Of a DNA stretch of 64,000 nt, positions 46,932-56,786 are shown piece after piece. Both the position numbers and the translations under genes were made by a program. The stretch lies in contig CAXXFV010000010.1 of NCBI GenBank assembly GCA_963674595.2, positions 13,777-77,776 on the forward strand, given 5' to 3'. Every line of letters starts with the position of its first letter. Positions within the stretch are counted from its first letter, which is position 1. A model generated the notes under the pieces. That model saw nothing but the letters and a program-made list of their open reading frames with translations. It did not search any database and had not been told where the DNA came from. Source of the stretch: a bacterium. GTDB taxonomy: Bacteria > Zhuqueibacterota > Zhuqueibacteria > Residuimicrobiales > Krinioviventaceae.

Positions 46932-48119
46932 CTACAATAACGATCCCTGTTTGCTCCACTCTTCACGGACCTTTGTGAAAACAAGAATGGTATTTTGTTT
47001 GACTTGATCGTTCATCTGAGTACTAAGAAGCTCATCGATTGATGAGTAACCAAGAGTACCAATTGTGTCACTAATGACATTGGCCGGTAATCCCCTTACT
47101 AATTCTCTAACTTTGTCAGAAAAGGTAACTTTTTTATCAGGCTGACTCGGTTTTTCTTCCTGAGTATTTTGGCTGCCGGCAGGTTCGGATGGTTGTTGAG
47201 TCTTGCCGTTCTGTTTTTTCTGTTCCTCGACAACTTCTTCATAGTCGGCATCTTCAACCTGGTCAGCTTCCTTATTATCCCAATCAAATTCTATTTTATT
47301 GAGATCGACTTCTTTGGTTTGTTTATCAAAACTATCAGGAGTGATCACAGCCTCATCAGCAGCGACTTTACGATAATCATCAACCTGTAAAGGCTGTCGT
47401 TTTAAAAGTCTCTTTAACACTGTTTTTCGCCACATTTCCGGCTCATCCGTGTTCCAGGGTGAATAAGTTGAATCTTTTGCCTGGGATTTGGCTTTTACAT
47501 GCAGAATATCTTCACGATTCATCACCTCAAAATCATAAGCCTGATCTTTATATTTGATAATCGCATAAGCATACTTTAAATCCCCCCGGTTTTCCAACGT
47601 CGGTTTATGTTGGACATCCGGATAAAGTCCGTATTGAAAAGCGAACTTGTCACTCTCATAGACAACATGGGCATATATCGAAGCGACATCCCCGGTACGT
47701 CGGATCAGTTGAATAAGGCCCTTGTAACCTATTTGAAATTGAACTTCTTTAGATTTTATGTTCTTATTATAATAAGGAACGAAATAGCATTGCCCCAAAT
47801 GCGGCGTAGGGTCTAAATTAAGAATGGATGATTGAAGGACAGCACCGATAATACTTTGAGCGGTGCAATTTTTAATATCAAGATTTGCACTGATAACCGT
47901 CGTACAAACCTGCAAAATACGCTCAGGAGTAACATGATTCGGAAGAACCTGGGCAATCTGTAATTTATAAGAATCTAGAATATCTCTTATATTGTTTGCT
48001 TTAAGCCCGGACATCGTTCTGGGGACCGGTTTATCGTTTCCATTTTCACCGTTCGCATTATTACCATTCGTTTTTAAAACATTTTTAGCTTTATCAGCAA
48101 CAGCCATATTCATAACCAT
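46932..48119 (-). CDS. recT: RecT-family single-strand annealing protein
   Basis: LPNHVTPER, LGQCYFVPY, QFQIGYKGLIQL, PWNTDEPEMWRKTVLKRL. Confidence 0.92.
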   Translation of the reverse strand: MVMNMAVADKAKNVLKTNGNNANGENGNDKPVPRTMSGLKANNIRDILDSYKLQIAQVLPNHVTPERILQVCTTVISANLDIKNCTAQSIIGAVLQSSILNLDPTPHLGQCYFVPYYNKNIKSKEVQFQIGYKGLIQLIRRTGDVASIYAHVVYESDKFAFQYGLYPDVQHKPTLENRGDLKYAYAIIKYKDQAYDFEVMNREDILHVKAKSQAKDSTYSPWNTDEPEMWRKTVLKRLLKRQPLQVDDYRKVAADEAVITPDSFDKQTKEVDLNKIEFDWDNKEADQVEDADYEEVVEEQKKQNGKTQQPSEPAGSQNTQEEKPSQPDKKVTFSDKVRELVRGLPANVISDTIGTLGYSSIDELLSTQMNDQVKQNTILVFTKVREEWSKQGSLL

Positions 48120-48126
48120 GTCCCTC

Positions 48127-49065
48127 CTATCTTAAGCACAGTCTAAAAGTTCTATACCCGTCTTTGGGCTCAACATACTGATTATAGATATCCGGGTTCT
48201 CTGACTGGAATTTGTCTTTATTAAATTGGTTACCGTCTTTATTCTTTTTAAAAGTCGCTACTTTTTGACCATGAAATACGATGGTCTCGGCATCAGCCAT
48301 CATGATCTTGAAAGATTCTTTTAATTTGCTTTCACGGTCATCAAGTAATTTCTTTGCGGCCTGGATACGTTTTAACTTGAGTGCCAAATTGAATGTATTT
48401 TCTGTTGCTTCGATAATTTTCCCGGCTTCTTCTTTCGGATAAAGATATTTGATATCGCTTTCATTTCTCGGTTCCGGGGGATTTTGTTTGACAATATGAT
48501 CTTTCCAAAAACCTACAAGCTGGTCGGTCATCAAATCAACAAACTCTTTATCATATTCAACAGGGATAACCTGAAAGTCACGACCGTCAACAAGGACGGC
48601 AAACTCGCCCCATTTATGACCGGTAACACTGAAATAATGCTGTATCTGTGAATAATATTGTAATGGGAGTCCGTCATCTGCCCAGCTTTTAAATGCCCAG
48701 CCCGAAGCGGTTTTAACTTCCAAAACGCCGGTCCCTTTGCCATTGCCGTTGGCCGTAATCAACCGGTCAATGTTTGCAATTAAAAATTCATGTTTTGAAT
48801 GGATTCGGATTTTATTGTCCTTTTGGATTTTATGACCGGTCTCCTCGGAATACCATCGGGCGACCGTATCTTCCAACATGCGCCCGGCTTTCATCGCGTC
48901 ATTATCCTCAACTCTCTGGCCTTCAATCTTTTCACGATAAACATCAAGGGGCGTTTTCCAGGGATTTAATCCGAGAACAGCGCCAACATCTGATCCGCCT
49001 AATCCTTTACGGTGCAGGTCCTGCCAATCTTCATAGCTCATTGCTCTTTTATCTATACTTTTCAT
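48127..49065 (-). CDS. YqaJ-like viral exonuclease
   Basis: GLGGSDVGAVLGLNPWKTP, ANIDR, LEVKT, QIQHY. Confidence 0.92.
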   Translation of the reverse strand: MKSIDKRAMSYEDWQDLHRKGLGGSDVGAVLGLNPWKTPLDVYREKIEGQRVEDNDAMKAGRMLEDTVARWYSEETGHKIQKDNKIRIHSKHEFLIANIDRLITANGNGKGTGVLEVKTASGWAFKSWADDGLPLQYYSQIQHYFSVTGHKWGEFAVLVDGRDFQVIPVEYDKEFVDLMTDQLVGFWKDHIVKQNPPEPRNESDIKYLYPKEEAGKIIEATENTFNLALKLKRIQAAKKLLDDRESKLKESFKIMMADAETIVFHGQKVATFKKNKDGNQFNKDKFQSENPDIYNQYVEPKDGYRTFRLCLR

Positions 49066-49098
49066 CTTGTCACCTTTTCAGTTAAATTCTGTCGCATC

Positions 49099-49425
49099 TT
49101 AAAAATTTGTTTCAAAAAGACCGGTTTCCTGATCATACTCTACATCAAACCTTCTTTTGCAGCAGCCGACAGGACACTTTATGGATTTCGTTTTTCCGGA
49201 TTTAACACGGTCCTCAATTCCCGAATCCAAAAAACCATCCACAACAGCGCCGCAATGCGGACAAATGATATTATAAGCCTTTGTGTCGATTTCTTCTACT
49301 TCAGGAACATCAAACGGCGCGACGAATAAAGGATTTGTCCAACCGCCATCATAATTATTATACATCTTTAGATCCTCCATCCTGTTCACGTTCTCCGGTA
49401 CGATCATACAGGTACAAATCTTCAC
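49099..49425 (-). CDS. Small Zn-finger protein
   Basis: CPHC...CPVGCC; true start probably downstream (MYNNY). Confidence 0.55.
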   Translation of the reverse strand: MKICTCMIVPENVNRMEDLKMYNNYDGGWTNPLFVAPFDVPEVEEIDTKAYNIICPHCGAVVDGFLDSGIEDRVKSGKTKSIKCPVGCCKRRFDVEYDQETGLFETNF

Positions 49426-49717
49426 AACCCATAATGTTTCTGGCCATGCGAAGCCACCTTAACCGATTAGCACGTCTGATCAAATTTGAAATAATCCGAA
49501 AGTCACCGGCGTCTATCGGCGTCCGTCCGCCTTTACATAAATTGTTCAACCGCCCAATCGTCATCTTTGCCTCCTGAGCGAACCATTCCCTGGTCAATTG
49601 TCTGTTCTGTGAGATGCAATCTTCAATAGCGTTATCAATTTCTGATGCAATAAATCGGAACAATTTCTCCTCCACGGTTGAGATTGTGTCTATATTTTCA
49701 AATTGTTGTTCTTTCAT
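49358..49717 (-). CDS. HTH-like early protein (CII-like position)
   Basis: TREWFAQEAKMTIGRLNNLCKG. Confidence 0.55.
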   Translation of the reverse strand: MKEQQFENIDTISTVEEKLFRFIASEIDNAIEDCISQNRQLTREWFAQEAKMTIGRLNNLCKGGRTPIDAGDFRIISNLIRRANRLRWLRMARNIMGCEDLYLYDRTGEREQDGGSKDV

Positions 49718-49859
49718 TTCTCTACCCGCTCTTTCAATTGGTTTTTATGCTTGACCGTTAATTTTTGCAAATTCTTGTAAAAATTAATTGCACTGCCCAT
49801 TGTAAAAACCATTCACCCGTTGTATATTTAATTGTTTATTTTAAAAATTGAGGTCAATT

Positions 49860-50132
49860 ATGAATGCAAATAGAAAAGAACCCGTTAAATACAATCAGAA
49901 CTTGTCCTGTGAAATCAATTTCGATTTATTGGAAATTTTAGAGACGGCAAGTATTTTAGAGAAAGCTTATATTTCTTCATTGTTAAAAAATGAGAATTTT
50001 ACTACTTTAAAATACAAAGGCTGCTCTGGTGTTTATGTTGATGTTCAACAGGCTCTTTGCAGTTCTTTGTTATCATCGCCCTCTGGTCTCGATAGTCGCC
50101 AAACTTTGCAGACCAGGGGGTTTTTATTTTAA
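49860..50132 (+). CDS. Hypothetical counter-oriented gene with own promoter and terminator
   Basis: TTGTAA(49800)-17bp-TATATT, RBS GAGGT, hairpin plus T-run at 50079-50130. Confidence 0.45.
   Translation: MNANRKEPVKYNQNLSCEINFDLLEILETASILEKAYISSLLKNENFTTLKYKGCSGVYVDVQQALCSSLLSSPSGLDSRQTLQTRGFLF
50079..50120. promoter_or_regulatory. Hairpin with GTCGCCAAACTTT loop (copy 2)
   Basis: CCCTCTGGTCT / AGACCAGGGGG stem; 13-mer in the loop identical to 51001-51013. Confidence 0.6.
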
Positions 50133-50258
50133 TTGACCTGAAAATACTATTTTAACAGGGATCACGGATTTTCAGGCATGAGCACCGTAATTCCATTAAA
50201 ATGAAATGTTCTTTGGCATTATACACTTAAAGCCCTTTCCAATCTACGGCAGTTTAAA

Positions 50259-50474
50259 TTAAGGTTCCAGACTAGCGTAGGTCATAATATCCGATCTGCT
50301 AATACGCATGGAACCGTCTTTCATGGTTGATATATTTAACAGCCCTTCGTCAACTTTACGCAAAAGGGTTGTCCTGCTCATTGACAATAATTTCATGGCA
50401 TCGGGTAATGTGATGTAAAAACATCTGGCTCCGAACTCTCTTTTCCATTCATCAATAAACTGGTTTCGGCTCAT
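50259..50474 (-). CDS. Excisionase-like HTH protein
   Basis: ITLPDAMKLLSMSRTTLLRKVDEG...RISRSDI (HTH_17-like). Confidence 0.75.
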   Translation of the reverse strand: MSRNQFIDEWKREFGARCFYITLPDAMKLLSMSRTTLLRKVDEGLLNISTMKDGSMRISRSDIMTYASLEP

Positions 50475-50686
50475 TACATTGCACCCTCAATACACAGTGA
50501 GCAATAGGTTGTTTCGCCGTCAGGACCTTCTTCAATGCCGATTAAACCGGCGTTTTTAAGCTCATTTAAATGACGATCGATATAAGACTCTGTCCGTCTA
50601 ACAACAAGCGTAAAGTCGTAAATTTTAACCGATCCGTATTCATTGATCAGTTTTAAAATTTTTTCATGGTCTTCATTAAGATGCAT
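50474..50686 (-). CDS. Small winged-helix protein
   Basis: KILKLI...YIDRHLNELKNAGLI. Confidence 0.6.
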   Translation of the reverse strand: MHLNEDHEKILKLINEYGSVKIYDFTLVVRRTESYIDRHLNELKNAGLIGIEEGPDGETTYCSLCIEGAM

Positions 50687-50882
50687 GGTTCAACTCCTCA
50701 AGCTGCTCGATCATTTTAATTACTCTTTCATCACGAGTAAAAAGACCATTTAAAACACCGGAAACATAACCGCGCGTAAATCCTAATTCGTCTGCAATTT
50801 GTCGTTGATTAATATTTCTATTGAAAAGGATTGCTTTTAATCGTGCGGACTCTTGAACAGATAATACATTGTTTCTTTTCAT
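50676..50882 (-). CDS. Cro-like HTH regulator
   Basis: INQRQIADELGFTRGYVSGVLNG; divergent from the repressor. Confidence 0.8.
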   Translation of the reverse strand: MKRNNVLSVQESARLKAILFNRNINQRQIADELGFTRGYVSGVLNGLFTRDERVIKMIEQLEELNHAS

Positions 50883-50985
50883 GATCTCAGCCTTTAACTA
50901 TGATTTATATTGATTTTAAAAATTTTTTTCATTACAATAAAAAACGGGCATAGCCATTAAAAAATGGTCTTGCTTTGTCTGTTTG

Positions 50986-51025
50986 TTCCCGGTCCTGCGG
51001 GTCGCCAAACTTTTAGGACCGGGAA
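50986..51025. promoter_or_regulatory. Hairpin with GTCGCCAAACTTT loop (copy 1) in the cro leader
   Basis: Perfect 11-bp stem TTCCCGGTCCT / AGGACCGGGAA. Confidence 0.6.
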
Positions 51026-51095
51026 ACTGTTTTGAAATGAAAACACTGCTTTTTTTAATTGCTAACCACAATTAGTATAAAGATAAAAAATTAAA

Positions 51096-51494
51096 ATGTC
51101 AAGTGAAAAATACAATTATAAGATTTTTTTTAAAAATATTACAAAGCTTCGTGATGAAAAAGGCTGGTCACAAAACAGGCTTGCCATGAAATGCGAAGTG
51201 TCGTCTCCGTATATGACACAAATTAAAAACGGGGCATATCCATCGACCAAGTTTTTAATTAATTTGTTTGATATTTTTTCTGACGAAAACAAAACTTTAA
51301 ATTTCCATTGGCTTTTTCACAATGAAGGACCACAGTATTTATATTTAACAAAAGAAAACATTTTAAAAGATGATCTGTTTCAAAACGAGCCAGAAAAAAT
51401 AATGCAGACCGTGAAAAATATTCGAGCTATACCTAAAGACAAACAAGACGCTTTTTTGGATTTAGTTAATGCTATTTTAAAATTTAACATATAA
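51096..51494 (+). CDS. CI-like XRE repressor (no S24 peptidase domain)
   Basis: LRDEKGWSQNRLAMKCEVSSPYMTQIKNG..PS...NFHWLFHNEG. Confidence 0.82.
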   Translation: MSSEKYNYKIFFKNITKLRDEKGWSQNRLAMKCEVSSPYMTQIKNGAYPSTKFLINLFDIFSDENKTLNFHWLFHNEGPQYLYLTKENILKDDLFQNEPEKIMQTVKNIRAIPKDKQDAFLDLVNAILKFNI

Positions 51495-51813
51495 TGTTTT
51501 ATATAATAAACATCCGAAATGTGGAGATTTTATTACAAATAAAAAAAACTGTACCAAACTATCACCAAGGCTTGTTTGTAATATATTCAAAGTTTATTCA
51601 ATAGAGGAAAAATTTTAAATCCCCTCAAGCGGTTCTCAGATATAAACCACAGATATATATACCTCAAAAAAAAAATTCTAAAAAATGATCAGGTCGGTTA
51701 TGGGGAAAAAGAAGTCCGGTATAAAAGGTAACGGCACGGATTGAAGATTTGGAACAAAAAAGGCAGTAAAACATTTTATCTGTTAAAAATGGTCTACTGC
51801 CTATTTATACGGA

Positions 51814-51990
51814 TTAATAGAATTTTTTCAATTTGCTTCTGATTTTCTTACACTTGCCATACATACAATCTTCGTAATCCAAATTTGAAAAGTATTTCAA
51901 TTTTGCACAAAGCCCCAGGCACATTAATTCCAAATGTTCCAGCTCCGTAATAATCGACTCGCATATCATAGCACGCTCGGACTTACTCAT
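51814..51990 (-). CDS. 58-aa Cys-containing small protein (below ORF-track cutoff)
   Basis: MSKSERAMICESIITELEHLELMCLGLCAKLKYFSNLDYEDCMYGKCKKIRSKLKKFY*; RBS AAGGGA; hairpin AGGCAGTA..TACTGCCT downstream. Confidence 0.45.
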   Translation of the reverse strand: MSKSERAMICESIITELEHLELMCLGLCAKLKYFSNLDYEDCMYGKCKKIRSKLKKFY

Positions 51991-52152
51991 ACAAATATTC
52001 CCTTCTTTTATTATTTGAATAATTTAAATAGACTTCAAAAAATACAAAAAATATGCCAAAACTACAGGGGTAGATACGGATAAGTTATTTATCTAACTTT
52101 TGTAGTTCACATCACTATTTGCACAAAATTTTAAAATCCATTTTATTGATTT

Positions 52153-52359
52153 ATGCGGGGAGATGATATTTTAATTCAAAATGAAAATAATGCTTTTGTA
52201 AAGGGGCGAGAGACAGACACAAAAACAAACAGTTATGGTTACAAAGATGAAATTGTCCCAGGTGAAATAGAATACAAAATTGTACAAATCGAACATGATA
52301 ACGCTACAACCGAGTATGGCACAGTCGTTGTTGCAAACGAATATAAACTTAAACATTAA
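52153..52359 (+). CDS. Small protein resembling an isolated Fn3-like module of secreted proteins
   Basis: FVKGRETDTKTNSYGYKDE...EYKIVQIEHDNATTEYGTVVV resembles the FVxGxGT...YSFxD...YYRLKQIDxDG module. Confidence 0.4.
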   Translation: MRGDDILIQNENNAFVKGRETDTKTNSYGYKDEIVPGEIEYKIVQIEHDNATTEYGTVVVANEYKLKH

Positions 52360-52384
52360 CTTAAAAAATAATCTAGGTAAAATA

Positions 52385-53431
52385 ATGGCATTTATAAGAC
52401 AGCGAAAAGGTAAAAAAGGAACGTCATATTACATAGAATATTACATTGACGGCAAAAAGTACACCCATACTATAAGCTATAAAGAAAATAAAACACTAAA
52501 AGAAGTTAAACGAATAGCTGCGGAACTGGAACTAAAAGCCCAACCGCCGGATTTTGATAATTTGACCATAAAACAGTTTTTTGATATTTGCCTTCAAAAC
52601 ATGGAAAGTAATATTGATGAAAATACTTCAAAAAATTTGAAAAAAATAATACAAATGTTTCTATTATTTTCAGGGGAATCAATTAAAGTAAATTTAATTA
52701 ATCATAATTATATAGATGAATATAAAGACTGGCTTTATAAAAAAAGAAAAGAAAACTCTATTGATATTGAAAAAACAAAAAGAGGTATCAATACAGACCT
52801 TTCTTTTATTAGATGGATTTTTAATTACGGATACAGAAAAGATTTTATCAAAAACAAAATATTTGAAAAAGTTGATTTTTTTAAAACGCAAGAATATGTC
52901 CCCGATTTTTTAACAAAAAATGAATCAAGGAAACTTTACAAAAATTTACCAAAAACGAAAATCAGACTTTATTTTATCATATTAAAATATACCGGAATGC
53001 GTAGAATCGAAGTTTTGAGGCTTCAAGGAAAAAATATTGATTTAGAAAATGGTTTGATCCTTTTGGAAAAACATAAAAATAGACGACCCACAATGAAGCC
53101 GATACACCCGACATTAAAAAGAATATTTATATCATGGAAAGTTTTATCTGGCGATCAAGAACAAAAACTATTTGATTATCATAAAAATACTATTACTTTG
53201 ATGTTCAGAAGGGCACTAGTAAAAGCAGGACTGGGACATAAAAAAGCGTCCGTCCACATAATGAGACACACATACGCAACAAGAATTATAGAGCACCACC
53301 AAGATGATTTTGATAAAGGGGAAAGACTGGCCCAGGAATTACTTGACCATACAAACAGAAAATCAACAAAAATATATACGCATATTGTAAAAAAAGTTTT
53401 GCAGCAACAGCAAAGCAAAGTTAAATTTTAA
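52385..53431 (+). CDS. Phage tyrosine integrase
   Basis: TGMR, HIMRH, LDH, TKIY catalytic residues; arm-binding-like N-terminus MAFIRQRKGKKGTSYYIEY; no IntI-type insertion seen. Confidence 0.92.
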   Translation: MAFIRQRKGKKGTSYYIEYYIDGKKYTHTISYKENKTLKEVKRIAAELELKAQPPDFDNLTIKQFFDICLQNMESNIDENTSKNLKKIIQMFLLFSGESIKVNLINHNYIDEYKDWLYKKRKENSIDIEKTKRGINTDLSFIRWIFNYGYRKDFIKNKIFEKVDFFKTQEYVPDFLTKNESRKLYKNLPKTKIRLYFIILKYTGMRRIEVLRLQGKNIDLENGLILLEKHKNRRPTMKPIHPTLKRIFISWKVLSGDQEQKLFDYHKNTITLMFRRALVKAGLGHKKASVHIMRHTYATRIIEHHQDDFDKGERLAQELLDHTNRKSTKIYTHIVKKVLQQQQSKVKF

Positions 53432-53592
53432 TCGTAAAAAAATCGTAATGTTAAAAAAAATCTGTAATAAAAACATATAATTAAGGCGGTTATTTTCCAA
53501 ATTTATCATTTGCAAAACCGGATGTAAAGAGAAAAAAAATACTATAAAGAATGATATATCGGAGAAAGTTCATCTATATCCTGAAAGTTATT

Positions 53593-54396
53593 TCACGTTT
53601 TTTTAACCTGGATCAAACTCATAATTTCAGAGGCAATTTCTTCTATGGGTTTGTTGGTTACAATAACCTTTTGCCAGTTTGGTTGTCTGCTGTAAATATT
53701 TTTTGCGTACTGGAGTTCCCGTTTAACATGATTTAAATCCGCATAATGTCCGGTTGATTGTTTTAAATATTTTTCACGAGCCTTGCGAAGTTCGGCCAGA
53801 TGTATATAATTTGTAACAAGTGCAATGACCCGGCCTTTTGGAACAGAAAACAGTGAATCAGGCGGATCAATATCCAAAACAATCGGGACATTGGCGACAA
53901 ACCAACCTTTAAAAGCCAGGTAAATACTTAGCGGTGTTTTAAAAGTACGGGAGACTCCTACCAGCACAATTTCAGCACGGTCCAGTTCTTCGGCGCGCTG
54001 TCCGTCATCATGCCGGAAAGCAAACTCCATGGTTTCAATTCTGCGAAAATAGGTATCATCCAGACGATGAAAGAGGCCGGGTTTTTCGGACGGCATATTG
54101 GAAAACTTTTCAGATAATTGCTGTAAAAGGGGCCCCAATAAATCTATTGTTTCCACATTTTGCAGTTTTCCCATACGTGTAATCAACGTCCGCAGCTCAC
54201 GGGAAACAAGTGTGTGCACAATCAGACCATTCTGCTGCGCCGCTTCATGAATAACCGTTAATATATGTTGTTCGTTTCGAATCTCTCCCCGGATGATAAT
54301 GTTGGTTTCAACATTGGAAAACTGTGTCATTGCCGCCCGTAATGTTTGTTCGGCCAGCATACCGGTACCATCAGATACAACAAAAACTGAACTCAT
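53593..54396 (-). CDS. ppsR: PEP synthase/PPDK regulatory kinase-pyrophosphorylase
   Basis: VVSDGTG, YFRRIETMEFAFRHDDG, LVGVSRTFKTPLSIYLA, IEEIA. Confidence 0.92.
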   Translation of the reverse strand: MSSVFVVSDGTGMLAEQTLRAAMTQFSNVETNIIIRGEIRNEQHILTVIHEAAQQNGLIVHTLVSRELRTLITRMGKLQNVETIDLLGPLLQQLSEKFSNMPSEKPGLFHRLDDTYFRRIETMEFAFRHDDGQRAEELDRAEIVLVGVSRTFKTPLSIYLAFKGWFVANVPIVLDIDPPDSLFSVPKGRVIALVTNYIHLAELRKAREKYLKQSTGHYADLNHVKRELQYAKNIYSRQPNWQKVIVTNKPIEEIASEIMSLIQVKKT

Positions 54397-54452
54397 AATA
54401 TCAATCCTTAAAATTGAATTTAAAAAATTCAGTATAACAAAATTAAATCATT

Positions 54453-54836
54453 TTAATAAAACAAAATATTCATCCGTGCTGAAAGAGAAATAACAATAAC
54501 AGCAAAAAACATGACAAAAAACATCACGGCATAGTTTTTTATGCTTACCTCTTTTTTCAACAAGGACGGTAACAACTGAAAGGCAAATAACACCACAACC
54601 GGAATCAAACTGGCATAATGATGCAAGTTTTCTACGGACAAACGTGCATTCATGCTCATCAGTAATCCGGTAAGATAAACGAGCCAAAAGGGTATTCGGA
54701 TAAACTGTGCAACCGTCAATTCCAATGCATCAACGTTGCCGTTACGCTTGCGATAAAATTGTATTCCCAGATACAGATACAAAAGTAATAAAATTACAGC
54801 TAAAATAGGATGGGCTTTGGCGGCAATTTCAAACAT
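54453..54836 (-). CDS. Four-TM membrane protein
   Basis: Hydrophobic profile. Confidence 0.7.
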   Translation of the reverse strand: MFEIAAKAHPILAVILLLLYLYLGIQFYRKRNGNVDALELTVAQFIRIPFWLVYLTGLLMSMNARLSVENLHHYASLIPVVVLFAFQLLPSLLKKEVSIKNYAVMFFVMFFAVIVISLSARMNILFY

Positions 54837-54850
54837 AATTATACCTTATT

Positions 54851-55927
54851 TTATTTTTTAATACTTTTTTCAAAATCCAGTATGGCTTCAACCAACGGTT
54901 CCGGCCCAACGGATATTACATCGGTTACAGGCAATCCAAACTCTTTTTCATAACTTTTAATTTGAGACTGAATCTGGTCTTTGGGTAAACCATGTAAATT
55001 GAGAGAAATGCCGATAACTTTGGTCGGGAAATAGTGCTGCGTAACCTTTTCATACAAATCAATTAAAACCGGTATTGAAACAACCGGCACGTCCGGAGTA
55101 CCCCGCATAATGCTCCTGCTGACCTGGTGGCACAATATAAGTCCATGCGGTGCAAAACCGTGCAGCATACTTAAGGTAACACCCGAATATAATGGATGTG
55201 TTATGGCGCCCTGACCTTCTATCATCAAATAATCATAATCCTGGTTTTCAAGCACCAGTCTATCTGCGGCACCGGAGACAAAATCAGAAATCACCCGGTC
55301 CATGGCAATTCCCGCTCCTGATATTAAAATACCGCTTTGTCCGGATGCAACAAACCGGCTGTTTTTGCCCATTTTTTGCAAAGCTCTGTCCAGTTCCACA
55401 GCGGTCACTTTTTTACCGCAATTGCAATCCGTACCCACGGTATGAATTCTAAAACTTTTAACATTTCTACTCTTACATGTATTAACGGAAATATCTTTTG
55501 GCGGACATCTTAGATCAACAAGCTGCACCTGATATTGTTGCGCTAAAGCCACCAATTCGGGGTCGTCATTTAAAAAAGTATGCATCCCGCTATATATATC
55601 AAGACCGTTCTTTATTGCCGTAACAAGAATGCCCTTCCATTCAGCAGGAAGTGCACCACCCGGCGGTGTTATTCCAACAAGCAGGGTATCCGGTTTAAAC
55701 CGGAGTGCTGTTTCCACAGAATCAACAATAGGAATACCCCGACCAATTTCCATAAGCTCTGAAACGTCACGACCGGAGTTTTCAGAGTCAATTAAAGCAA
55801 GAACTTTATCCGGGTGATATCGTAATAATGCAGCAGCCATTTTTGCGGGTGTGGGATGCGTGTTTCCTTCTGTAAGTATAATAAATTTCTTTTCCATTTC
55901 AGCTCCGTTAATCGATTTTATACTCAT
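54851..55927 (-). CDS. DUF1611 family P-loop protein (DgcN-like)
   Basis: GTDCNCGKK, ASGQSG, DFVSGA, IEGQGAITHPLYSGVTL. Confidence 0.88.
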   Translation of the reverse strand: MSIKSINGAEMEKKFIILTEGNTHPTPAKMAAALLRYHPDKVLALIDSENSGRDVSELMEIGRGIPIVDSVETALRFKPDTLLVGITPPGGALPAEWKGILVTAIKNGLDIYSGMHTFLNDDPELVALAQQYQVQLVDLRCPPKDISVNTCKSRNVKSFRIHTVGTDCNCGKKVTAVELDRALQKMGKNSRFVASGQSGILISGAGIAMDRVISDFVSGAADRLVLENQDYDYLMIEGQGAITHPLYSGVTLSMLHGFAPHGLILCHQVSRSIMRGTPDVPVVSIPVLIDLYEKVTQHYFPTKVIGISLNLHGLPKDQIQSQIKSYEKEFGLPVTDVISVGPEPLVEAILDFEKSIKK

Positions 55928-55950
55928 CTAATGACTGTTAAAAGCTATAA

Positions 55951-56769
55951 CTAAATCTCGACCTTGAGCGGTCCTTTGAGTGCAAATGCAAACACTAATG
56001 AAAGAACAAAAAAAGCAATCAGCCAGTGCATCTTGATACCAAGGATAGAATTTTCTTTTGCCGGATAGGTAATTTCCAGACTTTTTATAGGAGAACCTGC
56101 TGGCAATGGTTTTTCTGCCGGATTCATTAAAACCGTCATAAAATCATCACCGGATCGTATGGTGGACAATAGTTCGTTTGTAGGCTTGGCAATAACCGTT
56201 TTTTGAAATGCTCTGTCCAAAAATCGAAATGTTATAGTATATTCGCCCGGTTTTTTTACTCTGGCCTTCCAATTGATCTCATTTTCCGTAATCATATGGA
56301 CGGCAGGTGTTAAAATTTCAATTTCATCCGGTACTTCTATTTCCAGAGAACGTAAATCCACATCCGGCACCACGTTCGCTTTGATAAGAAACGGTTCGTT
56401 TGCCGATAACGCACGATAATTGTAACGTGCATTCAAATTAAACAAAACAAGAATAACCGGAATAAAAACAAACAACAAGGGAACAATAGCGTAGCGCATG
56501 TATATTGCATTTTTTATCAGAATTTGACGAAACGCCTTCATGATAATCCAAGGGCTGTCTTTGTACAAACGAATTTCCAGAATATAGGCTTTGATAATAT
56601 CCTTAACGGATTTTATTTTCTGCTGGTTTGAGGTATACCGAAAAATAATCAGCATGATAATTCCGGTTACGGCAGAACTGATAAACAAACCCCAGCTCGC
56701 GCTGATGTAATTCAGAGGGGAAAACAGAAAATTAAAAAAAAGATTTATAATATGTGCAGCATGGACCAT
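55951..56769 (-). CDS. Membrane protein (DUF106/TMCO1-like N-terminus)
   Basis: TM-FRYTSNQQKIK-coiled coil-TM; C-terminal HWLIAFFVLS. Confidence 0.65.
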   Translation of the reverse strand: MVHAAHIINLFFNFLFSPLNYISASWGLFISSAVTGIIMLIIFRYTSNQQKIKSVKDIIKAYILEIRLYKDSPWIIMKAFRQILIKNAIYMRYAIVPLLFVFIPVILVLFNLNARYNYRALSANEPFLIKANVVPDVDLRSLEIEVPDEIEILTPAVHMITENEINWKARVKKPGEYTITFRFLDRAFQKTVIAKPTNELLSTIRSGDDFMTVLMNPAEKPLPAGSPIKSLEITYPAKENSILGIKMHWLIAFFVLSLVFAFALKGPLKVEI

Positions 56770-56786
56770 TTTTTACTCCAAAACGC

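Larger units (their letters stand above)
9310..53431. mobile_element. Siphovirus-like prophage (core extent; may extend left through 1-9.2 kb)
   Basis: Canonical order integrase-immunity-recombination-replication-terminase-portal-head-tail-lysis. att sites not identified. Confidence 0.92.

Noticed and set aside
52385-53431. Prophage integrase as the integron integrase for the arrays
   Set aside because: It lacks the IntI-specific insertion before HxxRH and has a phage-type N-terminus and position.
53550-53575. TATCGGAG shared with ~6393-6400 as attR/attL core
   Set aside because: Only 8 bp identical; no tRNA or longer direct repeat found by eye, so the boundary is left uncalled.
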